NCBI GenBank assembly: GCA_042568285.1
Contig: JBHPIX010000004.1
Span: 1 to 38,544, forward strand
DNA: 38,544 nucleotides
Direction of reading: 5' to 3'
Origin: Patescibacteria group bacterium
GTDB taxonomy: Bacteria > Patescibacteriota > Patescibacteriia > JAZDEU01
Shown here piece by piece: positions 9,372 through 17,246 of this stretch. The notes under the pieces are model-generated. The model made no database searches and was not told the origin of the DNA. It was given only the letters and a program-made list of their open reading frames with translations. Both the position numbers and the translations under genes were made by a program. Positions within the stretch are counted from its first letter, which is position 1. Each line of letters opens with the position of its first letter.

Positions 9372-10370
9372 CTATATATCCCCTTCTAAAATTCTCTCAA
9401 TATCCGCGACCGCCTTTTCAGGATGCCCTTCTGGATTTAAAATTATATAATCATACTTCTTAGAAAATTCCAACTCTTTCTTAGCTGTTTCTAATCTTAA
9501 ATGAACCTCCTTTTCTGAAATAAACGCCCTATTCCTAATTCTTTTCTCCATATTTGAAAAAGAATTTGGCTTAATAAAAATTAATAATGCATCAGGAAAA
9601 ATTTTCTTTATATTCATCGCGCCTTGTACGTCAATAACTAAAAGTGAAATTTTATTTTTATTCTTAATTCTCTTAATTTCTTTTACTAATGTTCCATAAA
9701 ACATTTTATGAACATTTGCCCATTCTATAAATTCTTTATTTTTAATTTTACATTTAAAATCTTTTTCAGTAATAAAATAATAATGAACTCCATTTTTTTC
9801 ATTCTCGCGAGGTTTTCTAGTAGCGCAGGAAATGGTTTCTTCTAACCTATTATTTTTTTCTAAAAGTAAATCAACTACTGTATTTTTACCAGAACCTGTA
9901 GGAGCTGAGATAACAATTAATTTTTCATTTTTTTTGATTATTACTCCTAATAACACTATAAAAACTCCCACCGTAATCATAATATCAGCGATATTTAAGA
10001 CTGAAAAATAAGGAACTGATATATAATCAATAACTGATCCATATAATATTCTATCTAAAAAATTACTAATAGCGCCTAAAAAAATACAAACTAACCCTGA
10101 TTGTAATATTATTTTATTTCTTAATTTTACAATATATGCAACTAAAACTAATAAACAAATAATAATAATAAAAATTAAAATACCTTTATTAATTGGCATC
10201 CCAAAAGCGATGCCTTTATTTAACGACATATCAAATTTTAAAAATAAAAAATCCTGCTTAAAGCTAGGATTCTTTATAAAAAATTGTTTTACTAAATAAT
10301 CTACTATAAAGAAAGAAAAAATAATTCCATAGAAACAAAATACTTTGGCTTTCTTAAATCTATACTGCAT
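9372..10370 (-). CDS. lspA-gmk: Lipoprotein signal peptidase in frame with guanylate kinase (lspA-gmk)
   Basis: N-half has NKGIAFG, GAISNFLDR, VIDY, NIAD; C-half has SAPTGSGK, TRKPRENE, YGT, IDVQGA. Confidence 0.85.
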   Translation of the reverse strand: MQYRFKKAKVFCFYGIIFSFFIVDYLVKQFFIKNPSFKQDFLFLKFDMSLNKGIAFGMPINKGILIFIIIICLLVLVAYIVKLRNKIILQSGLVCIFLGAISNFLDRILYGSVIDYISVPYFSVLNIADIMITVGVFIVLLGVIIKKNEKLIVISAPTGSGKNTVVDLLLEKNNRLEETISCATRKPRENEKNGVHYYFITEKDFKCKIKNKEFIEWANVHKMFYGTLVKEIKRIKNKNKISLLVIDVQGAMNIKKIFPDALLIFIKPNSFSNMEKRIRNRAFISEKEVHLRLETAKKELEFSKKYDYIILNPEGHPEKAVADIERILEGDI

Positions 10371-10389
10371 AAATAATGAATTACCTTTT

Positions 10390-10493
10390 TGTCATCCCGC
10401 ACTTGATGCGGGATCCAATTATTTAAGCTAAATTTTAACTTTCTGGATCCCGTGTCAAGCCCGCCGAATCGGCGAGGCAAGCACGGGATGACA
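10390..10493. repeat. TGTCA-tagged paired palindromic element
   Basis: Same arms as 9202-9346, including the nested CCGCCGAATCGGCGAGG insert. Confidence 0.85.
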
Positions 10494-10537
10494 GTTGTTA
10501 GACGGCCTTATATTGTTATCTGATAAACAATATAATT

Positions 10538-10903
10538 TTACTCTGTTAATTTACTTTTACATTTCATGCAAGCGCCAGAAACTGGACGAACTAAAAGACG
10601 TTTTTCTCCTATTTCGTTACCGCAATATCTACATTTTCCATAAGTTCCCGCTTCTATTCTTTTTAATGCTTCTTCTATATCATTCATAGATTTTTCTAAT
10701 GTCCTTTCTAAGGATAAATTATCGCTAAAAGTAGAAACCTCTTCAACATTTCCATCTTGTTCATTGCCAAAATCAGGAAAATTAGCAGTATAATCACTTT
10801 CATTATGTATATTTTTACTAGCAAACCCTTTTAATGATTTTTCTAATTCATTTTTCCTTTTTACTAATTTTTCTTTTATTTGTTCTAATATTTTTTCATC
10901 CAT
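10538..10903 (-). CDS. TraR/DksA C4-type zinc finger protein
   Basis: ALKRIEAGTYGKCRYCG...RL...P...CMKC. Confidence 0.9.
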   Translation of the reverse strand: MDEKILEQIKEKLVKRKNELEKSLKGFASKNIHNESDYTANFPDFGNEQDGNVEEVSTFSDNLSLERTLEKSMNDIEEALKRIEAGTYGKCRYCGNEIGEKRLLVRPVSGACMKCKSKLTE

Positions 10904-10982
10904 ATATTTAATGTTAACTTTAAATTAGTATAGCCTCTTAATTACTCTAATATTAGCATTATAACTAGCCTTTGTCAATGTT

Positions 10983-11594
10983 CTAAACTTGCATTCCTAA
11001 TTCTAAATTCTTTTTTAATAACTCACCTGCAAATCTATTTTTTAATGCATCTTTTACAGAAGCTGGACTAAATAAAGAAGTATCTTTTGCTAATTCAAAA
11101 ACTATCAATGTATTTACAATCGGTTTACCTAAAATTTTCAATGCAATCGCTGTTCCGTCAATCGCTTTTACGTTAAACATCTTCTTATGTTTTGGACAAA
11201 CTAAAGTTTTTTTGTCATTACTGTTTCTACTTTTTTTAGAAAAAAAACCAGATTTTATTTTGCAAATACCCTTAAAAACATCTTTTAAATCTTTTGCCGT
11301 ATTAATAATAATAAGCCCTTCATTTTTTAAACCAGTTAAAAGATTAGGATTTGAAGCAAGTAAACTAGCATCTTGTATTATAACTATATCAGGACATTTC
11401 ACTTGTTCTCTTAAATTAATAAACTTATTATTATCAATCCTTGCGTATGCCTCAATAGGCGCTCCTCTGCGCTCCACGCCAAAAAATGGGAATGCTTGGC
11501 TATATTTCCCTTCATAAAAAGCCGCGGCAGCTATTAATTCAGCGCCAGTAACAACGCCCTGACCGCCTCTACCATGTAATCTAATTTCTGTCAT
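10983..11594 (-). CDS. 2-oxoacid:ferredoxin oxidoreductase gamma subunit (PorC-type)
   Basis: EIRLHGRGGQGVVT, FPFFGVERRGAP; start reassigned to ATG 11594, just downstream of TGCTATAAT. Confidence 0.88.
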   Translation of the reverse strand: MTEIRLHGRGGQGVVTGAELIAAAAFYEGKYSQAFPFFGVERRGAPIEAYARIDNNKFINLREQVKCPDIVIIQDASLLASNPNLLTGLKNEGLIIINTAKDLKDVFKGICKIKSGFFSKKSRNSNDKKTLVCPKHKKMFNVKAIDGTAIALKILGKPIVNTLIVFELAKDTSLFSPASVKDALKNRFAGELLKKNLELGMQV

Positions 11595-11701
11595 ACTATA
11601 TTCATTATAGCATAAAATCAAAAATAATTATATATAAAAAACTCCAGCCAAAATTTTAAAATTTCTAAAATTTCAACTGGAGTAATATTAAAAAACTATA
11701 T

Positions 11702-13864
11702 TCAAAATACTAATGCCTCTAAAAAAGCGACGACATCTTTTGTTGATGTAATGCTAAATTTAGCGCGCGAAGGAGTTAACCCAACATTAATAGAATAAGA
11801 ATTATCAGGTAAAACTCCAAAAAGATCTTCAAATGGCGTATCGCGTCCAATAGCTAAAATGAAATCCCAATCATTTTTTTCAATAAATTTTAAAGCTGTC
11901 CTGCCTATATTTACGCCAGCATTTTTTATTTCAACAACTTTATTCCCCTCTACTAAGCACAAACTTAAATTACCAATAAGATGCAAAAGTTCAGCTTTTA
12001 TTTCTTGGGCTTTAATAAACCCCTGCTTAGGATCAGCTCCTCTCCAATGCCAGCTCATTGAATACTCTTTTTCTTCCATTGAAGCTCCTGGAACCAAATC
12101 AGCAGCTAACTGCAAAGCAGGACGGACATTTTCTTTCCATTCATTATTTAAAAGTTCAATCATTATCCATTCTTGCCCAAAAAATTTATACCATACGCCA
12201 CCTTCAGCTATAAAATTAAAACTTGATTCGCCGAACCACTTTCCAAATGTATGTTTCTCTCTTCCTCCTATTAAGACAATTTGATTTCTCTGATTGCCTT
12301 GTAATTTTTCCAGCAATAAAATTAGCTCATTTGAAGGACTTACTCTTTCAAATGTAGATTCATAAGGCATAATTACTCCGTCCGAACCTAAAAGAATTAG
12401 CGTGTTGAAAGATTTTTTAAATTGTCTTATCAATTTTTCTTTATTATCAGCGCTAAGAATTCTCGCGCTCATTTCTTCCTGCACTTCTTTTGTCTTTTTA
12501 AGACTATCTAATAAACTTGTAATCCATTTATGAACATCATAATGTCTAATTCTTTTCTGCATAATTTGCGCCCTCTCTATTTGCTCTGATTCAGGCATTG
12601 TTAACCCCTTCTTTAATGCTTCAATCATTTTACTCTGATCATATGGATTAACAACTAACGCGCCTGAACGCAATTCTTCCGCTGCTCCGGCAAACTCGCT
12701 TAAAATTAACACTATTCTTTTATCCTTATCATGCGCGGCAATAACTTCCTTCGCAATCAAATTCATACCGTCTTTCAATGGAGTTACCGTACATACAGAG
12801 GCATTTCTATAATGCTTTATTAGTTCATCAACTTTAAAAGAACGAAAAAAATATTTAACTGGCTCCCAATCATCTGTACTATGGTCCCCATTAATTGCCC
12901 CAACTATTTCATCTGTTTGCTTTTTTAAATTAATATATGCTTCTCCATCCGGGCGAGTAGGCACAGCTATTATAACTAATTGCACTTTTCCTTTATATTC
13001 AGGAAACTTTCCTAAAAAAATATTATACGCATTCAATCTTTCAGGAATACCTTTTGTATAATCTAAACGGTCAACTGATAAAATAATTTTACAGTCCACT
13101 GCTCCTTGCGAATCACAAACTCCATCATTATTGGCAAATTTATTATAATCTATTCCAATAGGAAAAGCTCCGACATGAATAATGCGATGTCCTGTGTTAA
13201 TCTGCCCCAAGTTAAATTCATACCCTAACAATTTCAGAATGCTCGCGGAAAAATTTCGCACATCTTTATAAATCTGAAATCCGACTACGTCAGCTCCTAA
13301 CATTCCTTTCAAAATTTCTTTACGCCAAGGCAAAGTACAAAATCTTTCGTCAGAAGGAAAAGGAATATGAAGAAAAAATATTATTGAGCTATTAGAGCAT
13401 CTTTCTCTTATCATCTGCGACAGCAAAAGCAGATGATAATCATTTATCCATATAACATCTTCTTCTCCAACATTCTCTAATACTTTATCAGCAAAAAATT
13501 GATTTACAGATAAATAAGTGTCAAAAAATTTTTCCTGACATTTAACATATTGCGGAAAGTCGTGAGATAATGGCCAAATAATCTCGTTGCAAAATCCATA
13601 ATAATACTTATCAAGTTGTTCTTTTGAAAGAAAAACTGGGATACACTTATATTTATTCAATAATATATCGCGCAAATATTCCTCATCTCCATTTTCTAAT
13701 TCATCTTTCACTATTCCCGGCCATCCTATCCAAATGCCATTTTTTTCATAAAATGAACTTAACGCTGTAGCTAACCCTCCAACACTCTGAATAAATTCAA
13801 ATCCATCTGCCGTTTTTTTTACAGTAACGGGCAACCTGTTTGAAACTATTACTAATTTTCTCAT
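11702..13864 (-). CDS. Fused trehalose-6-phosphate synthase/phosphatase (OtsAB-like); phosphatase motifs degenerate
   Basis: VSNRLP, DYHL, FLHIPFP, VDRLDYTKGI, DGMNL; C-terminal HAD-like domain. Confidence 0.93.
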   Translation of the reverse strand: MRKLVIVSNRLPVTVKKTADGFEFIQSVGGLATALSSFYEKNGIWIGWPGIVKDELENGDEEYLRDILLNKYKCIPVFLSKEQLDKYYYGFCNEIIWPLSHDFPQYVKCQEKFFDTYLSVNQFFADKVLENVGEEDVIWINDYHLLLLSQMIRERCSNSSIIFFLHIPFPSDERFCTLPWRKEILKGMLGADVVGFQIYKDVRNFSASILKLLGYEFNLGQINTGHRIIHVGAFPIGIDYNKFANNDGVCDSQGAVDCKIILSVDRLDYTKGIPERLNAYNIFLGKFPEYKGKVQLVIIAVPTRPDGEAYINLKKQTDEIVGAINGDHSTDDWEPVKYFFRSFKVDELIKHYRNASVCTVTPLKDGMNLIAKEVIAAHDKDKRIVLILSEFAGAAEELRSGALVVNPYDQSKMIEALKKGLTMPESEQIERAQIMQKRIRHYDVHKWITSLLDSLKKTKEVQEEMSARILSADNKEKLIRQFKKSFNTLILLGSDGVIMPYESTFERVSPSNELILLLEKLQGNQRNQIVLIGGREKHTFGKWFGESSFNFIAEGGVWYKFFGQEWIMIELLNNEWKENVRPALQLAADLVPGASMEEKEYSMSWHWRGADPKQGFIKAQEIKAELLHLIGNLSLCLVEGNKVVEIKNAGVNIGRTALKFIEKNDWDFILAIGRDTPFEDLFGVLPDNSYSINVGLTPSRAKFSITSTKDVVAFLEALVF

Positions 13865-13980
13865 TATATCTTTCCCCTTTCAGGATTGCATTTTATACTT
13901 TATAAAAATTTCAATGAACAATACTTAAAAAACTTTATTTATTGTTTATACTAACAAACTTTATCTAAATTTGCAAATAC

Positions 13981-14021
13981 AAAAAAGGATGATTTATTTG
14001 AGTATAAATCAGCCCTTTTTT
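13981..14021. terminator. Bidirectional terminator after pilin operon
   Basis: AAAAAAGG-TGATTTAT...ATAAATCA-CCTTTTTT hairpin. Confidence 0.65.
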
Positions 14022-14102
14022 CATAGCTAATGAACAATCTATTTAACTGCGCCCATAAACAACGCTCTGCCCGCCTCTGCCTTGTAAACTATAATATATC
14101 AC

Positions 14103-14675
14103 CTAAAAAGCGCAATCTCCGCCCAAGGTTATTATTCCATTGCTCCCGCTTCCATAATGAAAATATGTGCCATTGCATGCTGTAACACCGTCTTTGCTTT
14201 CCAAGTAGTGCGGATAATTTTCTAAACCAAAAATAATCATATACCACTGCCCAGCTCCGCCATACCCGTTCGCATAATAAAAAATGGTTCCTCCATTATA
14301 TGGCCTAAAATTCGGGGCCCCGCCTTGTTTTGGATCTAAAGGATCTTTAGATATAAATTCAGATAAATTAACAACGCCTCTCCGCACCCAATGATCATTA
14401 GAGAGCGATTCAACACTATTACACCACCCCCCGTTTGGGCTTGTTGCTCCGCAATTACCAGAAACAGGATAAGCTCCATTTTTGTCGTAATACAATTCAA
14501 GCGCAGTTTGAAGCTGTTTTATTTCCGCTAACCTTCTTGCGTCTCTAGCTTTAGCGCGAGCATTATCTAAACTCACAAAAGCAATGCTAGACAAAAGACC
14601 AATAACAGCTATAACCACTAAAAGTTCAATAAGTGTAAATCCTATTTGTCGTTGATTATATTTAGAATGCTTCAT
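14103..14675 (-). CDS. Type IV pilin / GspG-like prepilin
   Basis: GFTLIELLVVIAVIGLL prepilin motif; KARDARR...ALELYY. Confidence 0.92.
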   Translation of the reverse strand: MKHSKYNQRQIGFTLIELLVVIAVIGLLSSIAFVSLDNARAKARDARRLAEIKQLQTALELYYDKNGAYPVSGNCGATSPNGGWCNSVESLSNDHWVRRGVVNLSEFISKDPLDPKQGGAPNFRPYNGGTIFYYANGYGGAGQWYMIIFGLENYPHYLESKDGVTACNGTYFHYGSGSNGIITLGGDCAF

Positions 14676-14679
14676 ATTA

Positions 14680-14985
14680 CTAATTAGGCACGAACTGATT
14701 CACTGGAATCTCTCCTAAAATATTATTTTTTTTGTTTCTCCCAAAAACTAAAAACAAACTAAAAATGATTGACACCACCACAAACACTAACAAAACATAA
14801 TTTGCCTGATTTTCATTTTTTATCAATCCGCCGGAATATTTTACCGTCCACCGAACAATTTTTGGAGTTCCCGGACGAAAAAAATATTTTGGCGACTGCT
14901 TTTCGCTTAAAATCCTTTCACTTAAATCACTAGGAAATTTATGACTTAAATCTATTTCACTTTTATTTTTTTCTTCTTGGTCCAT
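14680..14985 (-). CDS. Small membrane protein, copy 1
   Basis: Duplicate of 15733-16062; C-terminal TM helix. Confidence 0.8.
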   Translation of the reverse strand: MDQEEKNKSEIDLSHKFPSDLSERILSEKQSPKYFFRPGTPKIVRWTVKYSGGLIKNENQANYVLLVFVVVSIIFSLFLVFGRNKKNNILGEIPVNQFVPN

Positions 14986-14998
14986 AATAATATTTTTA

Positions 14999-15183
14999 GG
15001 GGACTGTTGCCGAATGCTCCTTTAGGCATAAATTTTCAGATTTTGAGGCATAATTTTTTGAACAATTTTTGCGGTTTAGCCTTAGCTAAGCCAAAAGAAT
15101 TTTCAGAAAATTTGACCAAAATATGGAAATTTAGGACAAAGAGGCCTGCCCGCCGTATTGGAGGGTATTTGGCAACAGTCCCC
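14999..15183. mobile_element. MITE (185 bp), TIR GGGGACTGTTGCC, flanked by TA
   Basis: Perfect 13-bp TIRs; empty site visible in the paralogous region near 16070. Confidence 0.8.
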
Positions 15184-15203
15184 TAATTTAAAAATTTTGA
15201 AAA

Positions 15204-15728
15204 TTACTGTTCAAACCCACCTGTCACCCAATCAAACTCATTTTGCCAATTTCTAGTAGGACAACTCCAACCGGGACTTGAAGGATGTGGTCGTCCGCTT
15301 CCTTCCATGTCTCTAACCCCTAAAACATAAAATTCTCCATTTGAAGAATCGCATCCATAGCTTCCTGCATTATAAACATAATAACTATAGTATTGACCGC
15401 TGCCAGAAGTATTAATTGGATCCACAGGCACTGCGCTCATATATCCATCATCTTTTAAAGAATCTATAAAATCTCCGCCATCTTCGTAGCTATGTTCCCA
15501 ACTTCCATTGCTAGAATTTTCTTGAGGATAATTTATATTTTCATCATAATACAATTCCAAAGCAGTAATTATTTGCCTCATATCAGCTAACCTTCTTGCG
15601 TCTCTAGCTTTAACTCTAGCATTATCTAAACTCACAAAAGCAATGCTAGACAAAAGACCAATAACGGCGATAACCACTAAAAGTTCAATAAGTGTAAATC
15701 CTTTATTTTTGTTGTATCGTAAATTCAT
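15204..15728 (-). CDS. Type IV pilin / GspG-like prepilin
   Basis: MNLRYNKNKGFTLIELLVVIA; start reassigned to ATG 15728. Confidence 0.92.
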   Translation of the reverse strand: MNLRYNKNKGFTLIELLVVIAVIGLLSSIAFVSLDNARVKARDARRLADMRQIITALELYYDENINYPQENSSNGSWEHSYEDGGDFIDSLKDDGYMSAVPVDPINTSGSGQYYSYYVYNAGSYGCDSSNGEFYVLGVRDMEGSGRPHPSSPGWSCPTRNWQNEFDWVTGGFEQ

Positions 15729-15732
15729 AATT

Positions 15733-16062
15733 TTAAAATTCCATAGGAGGCGCAACTTCAGCAAATGGCGCTTCTGCCGCAGGCGCAAAAGTTTCTTGTT
15801 TATTTTTTTTGTTTCTCCCAAAAACTAAAAACAAACTAAAAATGATTGACACCACCACAAACACTAACAAAACATAATTTGCCTGATTTTCATTTTTTAT
15901 CAATCCGCCGGAATATTTTACCGTCCACCGAACAATTTTTGGAGTTCCCGGACGAAAAAAATATTTTGGCGACTGCTTTTCGCTTAAAATCCTTTCACTT
16001 AAATCACTAGGAAATTTATGACTTAAATCTATTTCACTTTTATTTTTTTCTTCTTGGTCCAT
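15733..16062 (-). CDS. Small membrane protein, copy 2
   Basis: 15800-16073 appears identical to 14723-14996 (274 bp). Confidence 0.8.
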   Translation of the reverse strand: MDQEEKNKSEIDLSHKFPSDLSERILSEKQSPKYFFRPGTPKIVRWTVKYSGGLIKNENQANYVLLVFVVVSIIFSLFLVFGRNKKNKQETFAPAAEAPFAEVAPPMEF

Positions 16063-16249
16063 AATAATATTTTAATTTAAAATTTTTTCTTTTACAAAAT
16101 GTTATTCAAGCCACCTGATCGGACAGCCTGCGGATATATGAGGTTTGATTTCGTCGGCAACGAACTGTCTTTCTTTTATTATAACACATAATACACCTAA
16201 AAAACATAGCAAGCCCCTAAACAGATTCTTAATCTTCTCTTTTTTTCTA

Positions 16250-16480
16250 GTGCGCCCAGGGGGATTCCTGCCCCGTGTTTATCACGGGGTGAACCCCCTA
16301 TGCTATTATTCTCACTTTTCTTATCCGTGCGCCCAGGGGGATTCCTGCCCCGTGTTTATCACGGGGTGAACCCCCTATGCTATTATTCTCACTTTTCTTA
16401 TCCGTGCGCCCAGGGGGATTCCTGCCCCGTGTTTATCACGGGGTGAACCCCCTATGCTATTATTCTCACTTTTCTTATCC
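16250..16480 (-). repeat. Three tandem 77-bp units, each with the tRNA-Lys 3' end and a hairpin inserted in the T-loop
   Basis: Units start at 16250, 16327, 16404; minus strand GGGGTTCA[CCCCGTGATAAACACGGGGCAG]GAATCCCCCTGGGCGCAC. Confidence 0.9.
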
Positions 16481-16481
16481 G

Positions 16482-16555
16482 TGCGCCCAGGGGGATTTGA
16501 ACCCTCGACCGTTTGCTTAAGAGGCAACTGCTCTACCAAGCTGAGCTATGAGCGC
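16482..16555 (-). tRNA. tRNA-Lys(CTT)
   Basis: GCGCTCA/TGGGCGC acceptor, TTGC-CTCTTAA-GCAA anticodon arm, GGGTTCAAATCCC. Confidence 0.93.
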
Positions 16556-16560
16556 ATTAT

Positions 16561-16824
16561 TTAAATAACTTCATTTAATTTTAAAATATCTCTTATTTGC
16601 CGTCTCAATAATCTTTTACCATCCGTGGTCTTTAAAAATTTCTCTCTTCTCTCTGCATCACTTTTTAAACTATAAGATTCATAATGAATTAATTTTAAAG
16701 GTCTTCTATTTTTGGTAGACTTAACTTTACCATACTGATGTTCTTTATAACGTCTTTTTAAATCATCTGTAAAACCTGTATACAGTTGTTTATTTTTTAA
16801 TAATAATATATAAACATAATACAT
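16561..16824 (-). CDS. GIY-YIG nuclease family protein (87 aa)
   Basis: MYYVYIL...LYTGFT.DLKRR..EH..G.VKSTKNRRP...E...A..RE; the longer ORF start overlaps a tRNA. Confidence 0.9.
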   Translation of the reverse strand: MYYVYILLLKNKQLYTGFTDDLKRRYKEHQYGKVKSTKNRRPLKLIHYESYSLKSDAERREKFLKTTDGKRLLRRQIRDILKLNEVI

Positions 16825-16833
16825 ATTATTCTG

Positions 16834-16911
16834 TGCCTCGGAGAGGAATTGCCCTATCATCCGATAGGGCACCCCGTCGCATGACGGGGTGAACCCCACA
16901 ACACCTTGGTC
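16834..16911 (-). pseudogene. 3' half of a tRNA-Arg-like gene with two hairpins inserted in the T-loop
   Basis: GACCAAGGTGTTGTGGGGTTCA[hairpins]AATTCCTCTCCGAGGCA; acceptor strand complements the fragment at 17036-17042. Confidence 0.75.
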
Positions 16912-16930
16912 CGCCCCGCCCAATTTTTTG

Positions 16931-17003
16931 CGCGCTCTGGAGGATTCGAACCTCCAACACCTGGTTCCGAAGACCAGTGCTCTATCCATTGAGCTAAGAG
17001 CGC
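16931..17003 (-). tRNA. tRNA-Arg(TCG)
   Basis: GCGCTCT/AGAGCGC acceptor, CTGGT-CTTCGGA-ACCAG anticodon arm, GGTTCGAATCC. Confidence 0.95.
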
Positions 17004-17019
17004 AAAAATTTAAGCGTGG

Positions 17020-17042
17020 CTATCCAATTGAGCTACCGAGGC
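17020..17042 (-). pseudogene. 5' fragment of a tRNA (acceptor strand plus partial D-arm)
   Basis: GCCTCGGTAGCTCAATTGGATAG. Confidence 0.7.
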
Positions 17043-17072
17043 ATTTATTTTATAACTATTCTTTTAATATTA

Positions 17073-17179
17073 TTGGTCCGCCACGGGATTAACCCGTGGC
17101 GCCCCGTGTTTACTTGTCCCGTCGTATGACTGGGATCACGGGGCGAAGCCAAGTACTCTATCCATTGAGCTACGGATGC
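17073..17179 (-). pseudogene. tRNA-Arg(TCG) 5' portion with nested hairpins inserted after the anticodon; 3' end missing
   Basis: GCATCCGTAGCTCAATGGATAGAGTACTTGGCTTCG[insert of about 65 nt]GACCAA. Confidence 0.78.
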
Positions 17180-17246
17180 AAACTGATAACCCCGCCTTTA
17201 AGCGGGGCGAATATATTATTCTATTTTACACAAAATTTTAAATTTG

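Noticed and set aside
15729-15821. N-terminal extension of pilin 2
   Set aside because: Overlaps the upstream gene; the short basic leader from 15728 fits a prepilin.
16107-16172. Assignment to a known riboswitch or ribozyme (c-di-GMP, ZTP, SAM, hammerhead)
   Set aside because: Conserved core nucleotides were not recognisable by eye; left as unassigned.
16250-16498. CRISPR array
   Set aside because: Spacers are identical, the repeat is a tRNA 3' end, and no cas genes are present.
16825-16989. N-terminal extension of the GIY-YIG ORF in the track
   Set aside because: Overlaps tRNA-Arg and tRNA fragments; the family motif starts at Met 16824.
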